From assembly GCA_049282095.1 (NCBI GenBank), contig JBAPTI010000031.1:11419-75418 (forward strand): a stretch of 64,000 nt of DNA, given 5' to 3'. The position numbers and the translations under genes are program-made. The notes under the pieces are model-generated. The model saw only the letters and a program-made list of their open reading frames with translations, was not told the DNA's origin and ran no database searches. The DNA is from Chthoniobacterales bacterium. GTDB lineage: Bacteria > Verrucomicrobiota > Verrucomicrobiia > Chthoniobacterales > UBA6821. This document shows positions 27,517-39,363 of the stretch, piece after piece; within the stretch, counting starts at the first letter, position 1; each line of letters starts with the position of its first letter.

Positions 27517-28944
27517 TAAGGTCTCCGATCCCTCTCCCAGTATGGCGGGATCACCATAGAGGGTGGAGGCGCTGGCGGAGGTGATCTCGACATCGAAGAT
27601 CTGACCATGGAAGCGGCTCCCTCCCTCCAAGATCACGATCTTGTTGGTGCGGGTGCGACCGGCCAGTCGGGAGGGGTCGTTCCTGCTCGGGCCCTCGCAG
27701 AGGATTTGCTGCCTGGTGCCGACGCATGCCTCGAGGTGGCGTGAGGCGGAGGCGTTCACCACCGCGAGGAGGTCCTGATTGCGGAACTCCTTCACCTCTT
27801 CGGAAAGCTGTCCGTCCATCACGGCGGCGGGTGTGTCGCCGCGCTTGGAGTAGCGGAAGACAAAGGCACCGTCGAAGCCGATCTCCTCGGCAAGGTCGCG
27901 GGTGGCCCTGTAATCCTCATCCGTTTCGCCCGGGAAGCCGACGATGATGTCGGTGCTGACTGCGATGCCGGGGCGGGCAGCCCGGAGATCCGCCACCAGC
28001 TTTCGGAAAGAGGCTGCCGTGTAGGGACGGTGCATGGCCTTGAGGATCCGGTCGCTGCCAGACTGGAGGGGAAGGTGGACATGCTCCATGAGTTTCGGAA
28101 GCCGCGCGAAGCACTCCACGAGATCCTTGCGGAATCCCATCGGATGGGGGGAGGTGAAGCGGATGCGTTCGATTCCCTCGACGGCGTTGAGCGCCTCCAG
28201 GAGTTGCACGAAGGGGCTCTTGCCATCCACCTTGGGGAATTCGTGGCGTCCGTAGAGATTGACGATCTGGCCGAGCAGCGTCACCTCCTTGATCCCTCTG
28301 CCGGCGAGGGTGCGGGCTTCCTCGACGATTTCTGCGATCGGTCGGCCGCGCTCGGGTCCGCGCGTCGTCGGGACAATGCAGAAGGTGCAGTGCATGTTGC
28401 ATCCCTGCATGATTGAGATGAACGCGGTGGCGGCCTTTTTCTCGGTGGGGAGATGCTCGCGGATGGTGTTCTGCGATCCCTCCTCGGCGGCGATGTCGAC
28501 GATCGGGGCCATTGGGGCCATTGGGGCGATCTGATTGATGCTTCCCCCCAGTTCGGTTGCATCCTCGGCGGCAAAGGCCTCTTCACGACGGCGGAGCGCC
28601 TCTTCCACATGGTCGGCGACACGGTGAAACTTCTGGGTCCCCACCACGAGATCGACATGGGGTGAGCGGTTCCCCAGATCATCCCCCAGGCGCTGCGCCA
28701 TGCATCCCATGTAGCCCAGGACGAGCTTCGGCTTCTCCCGGCGGAGCTTGCGGAGCATGCCCATCTTCCCGATCGCTTTCTGCTCGGCCATGTCGCGGAC
28801 GCTGCACGTGTTGAGCAGGATCACGTCGGCATCCCGCTCGTTGTCAACGAGACGGTGACCGCGGTCCTGAAGATCGCGCGCCACCTGTTCGGAGTCGCGC
28901 TCGTTCATCTGGCAACCGTAGGTCTTGATGAAGACGCTGGGCAT
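27505..28944 (-). CDS. miaB: tRNA-i6A37 methylthiotransferase MiaB
   Basis: MTTase N-domain (FIKTYGCQMNERDSE), radical-SAM GCNMHCTFCIVP and a TRAM domain. The last 3 codons plus the stop (GKR*) are encoded by the MITE TIR. The start is set at ATG 28944. Confidence 0.9.
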   Translation of the reverse strand: MPSVFIKTYGCQMNERDSEQVARDLQDRGHRLVDNERDADVILLNTCSVRDMAEQKAIGKMGMLRKLRREKPKLVLGYMGCMAQRLGDDLGNRSPHVDLVVGTQKFHRVADHVEEALRRREEAFAAEDATELGGSINQIAPMAPMAPIVDIAAEEGSQNTIREHLPTEKKAATAFISIMQGCNMHCTFCIVPTTRGPERGRPIAEIVEEARTLAGRGIKEVTLLGQIVNLYGRHEFPKVDGKSPFVQLLEALNAVEGIERIRFTSPHPMGFRKDLVECFARLPKLMEHVHLPLQSGSDRILKAMHRPYTAASFRKLVADLRAARPGIAVSTDIIVGFPGETDEDYRATRDLAEEIGFDGAFVFRYSKRGDTPAAVMDGQLSEEVKEFRNQDLLAVVNASASRHLEACVGTRQQILCEGPSRNDPSRLAGRTRTNKIVILEGGSRFHGQIFDVEITSASASTLYGDPAILGEGSETLGKR

Positions 28945-28949
28945 AGGAG

Positions 28950-28983
28950 GAAAGGATGAAGGAAAAATGAAAAATGAAAAAGG
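28950..28983 (-). promoter_or_regulatory. 34-nt CU-rich leader element 5 nt upstream of the miaB ATG, near-identical to 21708-21741
   Basis: The sense strand reads CCTTTTTCATTTTTCATTTTTCCTTCATCCTTTC. Confidence 0.6.
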
Positions 28984-29162
28984 GTCTGTTATCAGGAAAT
29001 TCAACCCCGATCCCGGACCCTCGTTGAAGTGTGAAACTGTGAAAAAAAGGTTAAAACTGAACGCCGATCGGAGTTCGGGTTAAAAGTGTGAAATTCAGGG
29101 TGATTAACCGGAGCATTGCGCTGCCGTCTGCCCGTTCTAACTCTTTTAACTGTTCAACCTTT

Positions 29163-31799
29163 TTAACCGCCGGAGAGGGGAGAGACTTCCGAAGGTTGAG
29201 GCGACACTTGGGTACTACCAGCCCCCTCGGTTTCCTTAGCGTCGGTCTCCTTGGAGTTCGTCTCCGGCTTGTTTCCCTTGCGGGGGTCGACGCGCTTGAG
29301 TCCGATCCTTTGGGCGGAGGCCTCGACAAGCTGGGCGACGCGCTTCTTGAGCCGGTAGCCGCGCGACCAGATGCCAAACATGATTCCGGCATAAAGGATG
29401 CCGGGCCATAGGAGGTCGTGGCCGGTGGTGCCCCAGTAGATCAGGAAGCTGAGCATCAGGAAGTTCAGGAGGAAGGTGGTCGCCACCATCCGGGTGGCAA
29501 GGCCGACGCGCGTGAGGCACTTGGGCCCGCCATGGTACTCGGTGACGCTTCTCATGGTGACTCCCCACCAGAAGCTTCCGTAAATCTGGACGTCCCACTC
29601 CTTCCAACCGGTGTCGGTGGAGTAGCTCCATCCTTCGTTCTCGAGGGCCTCGATCACGGCGGTGAGCAGAAGTTCGCGCCCCTTCCCCTCCTCGTTCCAG
29701 AGGACGAGTTTGGAGAGTCCTCGGATATTGCTCGGGGTGAAGTCCTTTTCCTTTGTGGCGATGACCGACTCGGGGGTCCTCTTGAACTTCAGCCAGGTGA
29801 AGTAGCGTGCCCATCCGCGAACCAAGGGCTGGGAGAGGGCAAGGAATGCCACGAGCAGGCGTGCGCGCACCGTGTCGAAGCGGGGCTCAAGCTTCGCGTG
29901 GATCATGTAGGAGAGGGCGACCAGGAAGGTCCCCCCGAACATCAGGTAGGCCACGATGCGCAGCGCCGGGAAGGGGATCGAGAGCAGGAGGAGGAACGAG
30001 GTGAGGGTCACCCATTCGATGCTGCTCAGGTAGGCGGCCAGTTCAGACTGGGGGGTCGGGTAGATGCACTGGAAGAGGCCTTCGCCGAAGACTCCGTGGT
30101 AGATCACCGGTTGGTTGACCAGCCAGGTGAAGCGCGGCGCGCCGTAGACCTGTCCCTTCCACTTTGCGGTGCCGGTGGGGCCGAAGAAGACGAGGTGCTT
30201 GAAGCGCAGCAGCGACTCGGCCTCGCCGTATCCCTCCTGCTGCTTGCGGAAGGCCTTGAGCGTGAAGCGGCGGTAGTGCCAGACGATCGCCGAAGGGCTG
30301 AAGGCGATGACCTCGCCCTCCTGCTGGAGGCGCCAGCAGAAGTCGACGTCGTCGCCGGCCTTGCGGTACTCGGGATCAAAGCCACCGATCTTGTCGAAGG
30401 CCCAGCGGTGGAAAGCCATGTTGCAGCCGGGGATGTGCTCGGCCACCACGTCGGTGAGGAGCACGTGGCTGGGGCCTCCGGGCGCGGCCGCCACGCAGGC
30501 CTGTTGCCAGTTCTGGGCAGGCGGGGAGATGTTCGGGCCGCCGACACCCGCATAGTTGCCTGAGAGGAGGGTGCCGACCAAATAGTAGAGCCAGTCGGGG
30601 TCGGCCATGCAGTCGCTGTCGGTGTAGGCGAGGATCTCACCGGTGGCATGGGCCGCGCCGACATTCCGGGCGACGCTGAGTCCCATGTTCGGCTGGTGGA
30701 TCGCATTCACCCAAGGGTGGTGGGAGACGATCTCCTTCGTGTTGTCGGTCGAGCCGTCGTCCACAAGGACCACCTCGTAGTCGGGGTAATTGACCTTCTT
30801 GAGGGATCGCAGGCAGGCTTCGAGGGTCTGGCCGCCGTTGTAACTGCAGACGATGACCGAGACCCTGGGGACTCTGGGAAGGGGTGCCCCCTCGATGATT
30901 GATCCGCTCTTCCCGTAGAAGCCCCTGACGGTCTCGAGCGCCTTCTTCGGGGTGCGGTCTCGCTTCACCAGGCCGAAGGCCCAGTCGAGGATGTCCATGC
31001 CGCCGCGGTGCCACTCGTCGGTCCACGCATAGAGGATCGTTCCGGCCAGACCGCCGCGGACGACCGCATCGAGATGCCAGCCGATCATCTCGGCCTGTTC
31101 CTCCTCGGTGTGGCGGATCGTGTCCATTCCGAACTCGCCCATGATGAGGGGCTTGTCCTCCGCCAGATTCTGGAGGCGGGCCAGGTAGCGCTCGAAGTCC
31201 TCGCGGCGGTGCAGGTAGACGTTGAAGGTCAGGAAGTCGACGTTCTGCGGCAGCAGATACTCGGTCGGGGGATAGCTCGCGTAGGAGTAGAGGGCCCGGG
31301 GATCCTCGCGGCGGGCGATGTTGACCAGATGCTCGACGAATTCCGTCACCCGCTTCGCGCCGAGCCAGCGGACCATCGAGGAGGGGATCTCATTGCCGAG
31401 CAGGTAGCCGAAGATGGCGTGATGCCCCTTGTGCTCGCGGACCGCATCGATCACCGCCTTCTCGACGGAGGCGCGGACCTTCGGGTCGTTGAGGAACTCA
31501 ACGTGCTCCATCCAGGCGATGCTGAACAGGACGCGGATACCGTTCTCCAGACAGAGATCGAGGAACCAGCGGGGAGGAGTCGTGTAGATGCGAACCAGAT
31601 TGGCTCCTGTCTCGCGGATGGCTGCCAGATCCTTGGCGACCTGCTCCTTCGATCCGAACTGGTACCCTTCGGCGTCAGGCGCGAAGGGGGCGTAGGTCAC
31701 TCCCTTGACGAAGAACTTCTTCTCCCCTTCGAAGAAGAATTTGGATCGAACGACAACTCTTTCAGTCACCTGCAAACCTTGGGGGAGAATGCCCCCCAA
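29163..31799 (-). CDS. Fusion protein: N-terminal glycoside-hydrolase-like TIM-barrel domain, GT2 glycosyltransferase, C-terminal multi-TM region (synthase-like)
   Basis: The N-terminus FFVKGVTYAPFAP...NLVRIYT...GNEIP is GH-like. The GT2 core has VSVIVCSYNGG..LVDDGSTDNT, DSDCMADPDW and AGDDVDFCWRL, followed by about 6 hydrophobic helices. The start is TTG 31799 or GTG 31769. Confidence 0.75.
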   Translation of the reverse strand: MGGILPQGLQVTERVVVRSKFFFEGEKKFFVKGVTYAPFAPDAEGYQFGSKEQVAKDLAAIRETGANLVRIYTTPPRWFLDLCLENGIRVLFSIAWMEHVEFLNDPKVRASVEKAVIDAVREHKGHHAIFGYLLGNEIPSSMVRWLGAKRVTEFVEHLVNIARREDPRALYSYASYPPTEYLLPQNVDFLTFNVYLHRREDFERYLARLQNLAEDKPLIMGEFGMDTIRHTEEEQAEMIGWHLDAVVRGGLAGTILYAWTDEWHRGGMDILDWAFGLVKRDRTPKKALETVRGFYGKSGSIIEGAPLPRVPRVSVIVCSYNGGQTLEACLRSLKKVNYPDYEVVLVDDGSTDNTKEIVSHHPWVNAIHQPNMGLSVARNVGAAHATGEILAYTDSDCMADPDWLYYLVGTLLSGNYAGVGGPNISPPAQNWQQACVAAAPGGPSHVLLTDVVAEHIPGCNMAFHRWAFDKIGGFDPEYRKAGDDVDFCWRLQQEGEVIAFSPSAIVWHYRRFTLKAFRKQQEGYGEAESLLRFKHLVFFGPTGTAKWKGQVYGAPRFTWLVNQPVIYHGVFGEGLFQCIYPTPQSELAAYLSSIEWVTLTSFLLLLSIPFPALRIVAYLMFGGTFLVALSYMIHAKLEPRFDTVRARLLVAFLALSQPLVRGWARYFTWLKFKRTPESVIATKEKDFTPSNIRGLSKLVLWNEEGKGRELLLTAVIEALENEGWSYSTDTGWKEWDVQIYGSFWWGVTMRSVTEYHGGPKCLTRVGLATRMVATTFLLNFLMLSFLIYWGTTGHDLLWPGILYAGIMFGIWSRGYRLKKRVAQLVEASAQRIGLKRVDPRKGNKPETNSKETDAKETEGAGSTQVSPQPSEVSPLSGG

Positions 31800-31829
31800 G
31801 TCGAGTCAGAACAGGTTCGCCCCAGGCAT

Positions 31830-31862
31830 CTGTTTTTGGCGCTTGCGGCGCGCCAAAAACAG
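31830..31862. terminator. Perfect 13-bp stem hairpin (CTGTTTTTGGCGC-N7-GCGCCAAAAACAG) between the carB stop and the GT2 start
   Basis: The stem is read directly from the sequence. There is no trailing U-tract outside the stem, so the terminator role is only a candidate. Confidence 0.4.
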
Positions 31863-31873
31863 CCCCTGCCTCA

Positions 31874-35101
<3,228 letters not shown>

Positions 35102-35327
35102 GGTGCGGAAGGCGGAAAATCGTTGAATCGATGGTGTCGTAAAGTGCCGGTTTGGAAAAACCGTCACAGCACTCCATTGAACCTCCCCACGTTCCGGTGG
35201 TCAAACGTGGAAAAGTGGAAGATGGGGAATAGGTAATAGGCTATCGGGTGTGAAGTCCGACGGGTTTGTTTGAATTCCCAATACCCTATTCCCAAGGACC
35301 CATACCCGCTGATCCGTATGGATCAGG

Positions 35328-36302
35328 CTACGGCAGTTTCGTGATCAGGATCGAGGAACCCGTTGCCGTGGGCGTCAGCGTGGCCCCTTCGAGGCAGGCG
35401 GGAACCAGCATGAAGTTCCCCGGCTTGAGAGTCGTTCCCGAGCACTCCACGCCGCCTGTCAGGCAGGTAACGATGGAGAAGTCCCCCTTGTCGGTGGCAG
35501 GGATCGGGCCGTTGAGTTCCTTCTTCTCCACATGGAAGAGAGGGCAGTCGGCCACAACCGGTTCCGTGGCAGGGGTGAGTGCCGGTTCGAAATCTTCAAA
35601 ATCAATGGAGGCAAGCGACTCGGAGACATGGAGTTCACGCGGTTTCCCGTCGAGGCCGTTCCGGTTCCAGTCAAAGACGCGGTAGGTCGTGTCGCTGTTC
35701 TGCTGCACCTCGACGATGACGAGGCCCTCGCCGATCGCATGGAGGCGGCCGCTCGGGATGAAAATGCTCTCCCCGGTGCGGGCGGGGGCACTGTGGAGCT
35801 TCTCCTCGACGGTGCCATTCTCCAGTGACGCCTCGAAGTCCGCACGCGTCACTCCTTTCTTCAGGCCGGCGTAGACGGAAGCACCCTCCGCGGCATGGAG
35901 GAAGTACCAGCACTCCGTCTTGGGCTCGCCTCCCAGCTCCCCGGCGCGGTGTGCGGGCGGGTGCACCTGGACGGAGAGTCGTTCGCGGGCATCGAGCAGC
36001 TTGATGAGCAGGGGGAAGCGGGGGGAGGGGTTGGCAAGGTGGCGCTCCCCGAAGATAGAGGCCCGGTTCCCCGACCAGAGTTCGTGGAGGGTGGTCCCCT
36101 TGAGAGGCCCCTCGTGGACCACGCTCTGGGCCTCGGGGCGGTCGACCATTTCCCAGAGTTCACCGATCACGGCACCATGGGGGAGTCTCTTTCCGAACAG
36201 GGTCTCGAAGTGACGCCCCCCCCAGACCCGCTCCATCGGAAGCGGCTCGAACACCAGAGGTGAGGTGGGCTTTGCGGAAAGCAGGGAAGAGTTGGAAACC
36301 AT
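35328..36302 (-). CDS. manA: Mannose-6-phosphate isomerase, class I
   Basis: LSVQVHPP, VYAGLKKG and GRLHAIGEGLVIVEVQQNSDTTYRVFDWNR are typical of bacterial type I PMI. Confidence 0.85.
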   Translation of the reverse strand: MVSNSSLLSAKPTSPLVFEPLPMERVWGGRHFETLFGKRLPHGAVIGELWEMVDRPEAQSVVHEGPLKGTTLHELWSGNRASIFGERHLANPSPRFPLLIKLLDARERLSVQVHPPAHRAGELGGEPKTECWYFLHAAEGASVYAGLKKGVTRADFEASLENGTVEEKLHSAPARTGESIFIPSGRLHAIGEGLVIVEVQQNSDTTYRVFDWNRNGLDGKPRELHVSESLASIDFEDFEPALTPATEPVVADCPLFHVEKKELNGPIPATDKGDFSIVTCLTGGVECSGTTLKPGNFMLVPACLEGATLTPTATGSSILITKLP

Positions 36303-36357
36303 GCCGGATTATTCAAAAGGTGCCGACGATTGCCAAGACCGCATCCGATCCTGCAAG

Positions 36358-38838
36358 ATGGGAGGAATGGTTTCTACGCGACGACGACGTTCCCTGGACG
36401 AGGTGATGGGTGTGCTTCTCTTTTTCGGGGGCATCCTGCTGCTGCTCTCCCTTGTCTCCTTCGACCTGAGGGATGTTCCCTCGTGGGCTTTCGGAACCTA
36501 CACCCCGATCAACGAGACCCCTTCCAATTTCGTCGGCCGGGTCGGCGCCATCGTGGCGCGCATTTCCTACTTCCTCTTCGGGGGCGCCGCTTACTTCGGC
36601 GCGGGTGCCCTCATGGGCATGGGCATCGCCCTCTTTCTCGGGAAGGTGGAGAGACTGGGGATCCGTTTCGGTTGGGCTTTTGTCTTTGTCCTGAGCTGGT
36701 CGACGCTTCTTGATCTTCAGCATCTGATTCTTCAGGGATGGAAGCTTCGCTTCGACATCCCCGGGCCCGGTGGCTGGTTGGGGCATCAGCTGGGAATCGC
36801 CCTCGGGAGGGATGTCCTCGGCCTCCTCGGTTCCCTCATCATCTTCACGGCGCTTGCCCTGGTGAGCCTGATCCTGGCCACCGGCTTCCATCCCATCGCG
36901 GCGATGCGCCGCGGGGTCGTGGCTCTCGGCACGCTGATCGGTGTTCTCTACCGCCTCGTCAAGGACATCTTCATCAAGGGTCGCTTTGCCAAGGAGGGTG
37001 AAGCGGAGGAACAAACGGTGCCGACCGCCCCCGCGCGCTCCCGCAACCGTCGCCGTGCCGCGCTTCCTGAGATTGAAAGCGAAGTTACCGGGGTGGACAT
37101 GCCGGAAGCCGCCACCCCGGCCGGAGACCTCCCCGCCCCGAAGATCATCGATGCCAGCGTTCCAGCGCCCGCCCGCAAGCCGACCCTGGCGGAGGTGATG
37201 AAGACGAAGCAGAAGCCGAAGTCCGACCCTGCCCGTGACGGATTACTCGGCGAGGTGCACTACGACGAGTACACGCTTCCCGGGCTTGATCTGCTGGAGA
37301 CCTACGACGACGAGAGCCATCAACCGGCGGATCCCGCCGTTCTGCAGGCGGTCCAGAAGATCATCCTCGATACCCTGGCTCAGTTCGACATCGAGGCCTC
37401 GCCCGGCGACATCACCAAGGGGCCCACGATCACCCGCTACGAGGTCTATCCCGCCATCGGCGTCCGCGTTGAGCGTATCTCCGCCCTGGAGAGGAATCTC
37501 GCCCGCGCCACCCGCGCCGAGCGGATCAATATCCTGGCTCCCATTCCCGGCAAGGACACCGTCGGCATCGAGATCGCCAACTCCAGCAAGGTCAAGGTCA
37601 GCATCCGCGAGCTTTTCCAGAGCGAGGCCTGGGAATCGAGCAAGGCATCGCTTCCCCTGGCGCTCGGCAAGGATGTCTACGGACACGCCATCATCGCCGA
37701 CCTGGCGGCGATGCCCCACCTGCTCGTGGCCGGCGCGACCGGCAGCGGCAAGAGCGTCTGCATCAACTCCATCATCACGAGCCTCATCTTCAAGCACACG
37801 CCCGAGACGCTCCGATTCATCATGATCGACCCGAAGGTCGTCGAGATGCAGGTCTACAACGACCTGCCCCATCTGGTGACCCCCGTTGTCACCGATCCGA
37901 AGAAGGTGCTCCTGGCCCTGCGCTGGGTGGTCGACGAGATGGAGAAGCGCTACGCCATCTTCGCCAAGGTCGGTGTGAAGAACGTCAGCGGATTCAACAA
38001 CCGTCCCAAGCCCGAGAAGGCAGCGGTTGTCCAAACGGAGGTAACCGACGGTGATGAAGTCGAGGAGGAGATCCCGGTCGATGCCGGAACGTCCGAACCG
38101 CTTTCCGAATCCGAGCCGGAGGATTCCGCCGAGCCGGAGTTGCCGCTCAAGCCCGCAGACGACCTCGTCATTCCCGACCAGATGCCCTTCATCGTGGTGA
38201 TCGTCGACGAGTTGGCCGACCTCATGCAGACCGCGCCTGCCGATGTCGAGGGTGCCATTGCCCGCATCACCCAGAAGGCGCGCGCCGCCGGCATCCACAT
38301 GATCGTGGCCACCCAGACCCCGCGATCCAGCGTCGTCACCGGCGTGATCAAGGCGAACATCCCCTCCCGCATCGCCTTCCAAGTGGCCTCAGGCCTCGAC
38401 AGCCGCGTCATCCTCGACATGAACGGCGCCGAGAAGCTCCTCGGCAAGGGTGACATGCTCTACCTCCCTCCCGGCAGCGCCAAGCTGACCCGTGCCCAGG
38501 GCGTGCTGGTGACCGACGAGGAGATCCACCGTGTCGTGGCCAACCTCGCCGCGCAGGGCAAGCCGGTGTTCGAGCCGAGCATCTCGGCGAAGCTCTCCTC
38601 CACCACCATGCCGGAGGACGAGGTCACAGACGAGGAGGAGGATCTCGTCGACAAGTGCCTCGAGATCATCCGCCAGGAGAAGAAGGCCTCCACCTCCATG
38701 CTCCAGCGCCGCCTCCGTCTCGGCTATACCCGTGCCGCGCGCATCGTGGACATTCTGGAACAACGTGGCATCTTGGGACCGAAGGATGGCGCCAAAGACC
38801 GCGAGATCCTCGTCGATCTCGACGGGCTGGACGACTAG
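36358..38838 (+). CDS. ftsK: DNA translocase FtsK/SpoIIIE
   Basis: N-terminal TM helices, Walker A VAGATGSGKSV, Walker B VVIVDELADL and a gamma wHTH (LQRRLRLGYTRAARIVDILEQRGILG). The start is uncertain (36301, 36358 or 36367). Confidence 0.9.
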   Translation: MGGMVSTRRRRSLDEVMGVLLFFGGILLLLSLVSFDLRDVPSWAFGTYTPINETPSNFVGRVGAIVARISYFLFGGAAYFGAGALMGMGIALFLGKVERLGIRFGWAFVFVLSWSTLLDLQHLILQGWKLRFDIPGPGGWLGHQLGIALGRDVLGLLGSLIIFTALALVSLILATGFHPIAAMRRGVVALGTLIGVLYRLVKDIFIKGRFAKEGEAEEQTVPTAPARSRNRRRAALPEIESEVTGVDMPEAATPAGDLPAPKIIDASVPAPARKPTLAEVMKTKQKPKSDPARDGLLGEVHYDEYTLPGLDLLETYDDESHQPADPAVLQAVQKIILDTLAQFDIEASPGDITKGPTITRYEVYPAIGVRVERISALERNLARATRAERINILAPIPGKDTVGIEIANSSKVKVSIRELFQSEAWESSKASLPLALGKDVYGHAIIADLAAMPHLLVAGATGSGKSVCINSIITSLIFKHTPETLRFIMIDPKVVEMQVYNDLPHLVTPVVTDPKKVLLALRWVVDEMEKRYAIFAKVGVKNVSGFNNRPKPEKAAVVQTEVTDGDEVEEEIPVDAGTSEPLSESEPEDSAEPELPLKPADDLVIPDQMPFIVVIVDELADLMQTAPADVEGAIARITQKARAAGIHMIVATQTPRSSVVTGVIKANIPSRIAFQVASGLDSRVILDMNGAEKLLGKGDMLYLPPGSAKLTRAQGVLVTDEEIHRVVANLAAQGKPVFEPSISAKLSSTTMPEDEVTDEEEDLVDKCLEIIRQEKKASTSMLQRRLRLGYTRAARIVDILEQRGILGPKDGAKDREILVDLDGLDD

Positions 38839-38877
38839 TCCTTTTTTCCAGAAACAGATTCCAGAAACAGTTTTTCC

Positions 38878-39363
38878 ATGAAGTTTTTCCAACAGTCCCT
38901 GCTCCCGGATCCGCTGGGACCGATCCTTGCCAAGGCAAGGAAGCGTTCGGGCCTCCCCCTCGGGAAGGCGGCCAGCGCGGCTGGGATCAGCCCATCCGTG
39001 GCCGAAGCCCTCGAGCAGGATGGCCCTCTTGATCCTTCCTCCGCGCGGCTTCATGCCGTCACCTACGCGCGGGCACTCGGCCTCGATCCCCTGGAGATCC
39101 GCGACTCGCTCCCACCCGTTCCCGATCTTGTCTCCCCGGAGTGCCGCTATCTCTCCAGGATCGCCGCTCCCGCCGAATCCCGCTGGCATTCCCCGCTGGA
39201 GAGCCTGAATCGCGTCCTTGCCCCGCTCGGTCGTGCCGCGCTCTACCTCATGCTCACGGCCATCCTCCTGAGCACCTGGGGGATGATGAGGCAACTCTCA
39301 CGCATCCGTTCGATCCCCTGGATCACCACCAACAGCCACCCTTCTTCCTTCTCCACCCGATGA
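38878..39363 (+). CDS. HTH-domain membrane protein (RodZ-like N-terminus)
   Basis: XRE-like HTH (LAKARKRSGLPLGKAASAAGISPSVAEALE) followed by a TM helix (AALYLMLTAILLSTWGMM). It has an ATGA overlap with rimO. Confidence 0.5.
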   Translation: MKFFQQSLLPDPLGPILAKARKRSGLPLGKAASAAGISPSVAEALEQDGPLDPSSARLHAVTYARALGLDPLEIRDSLPPVPDLVSPECRYLSRIAAPAESRWHSPLESLNRVLAPLGRAALYLMLTAILLSTWGMMRQLSRIRSIPWITTNSHPSSFSTR

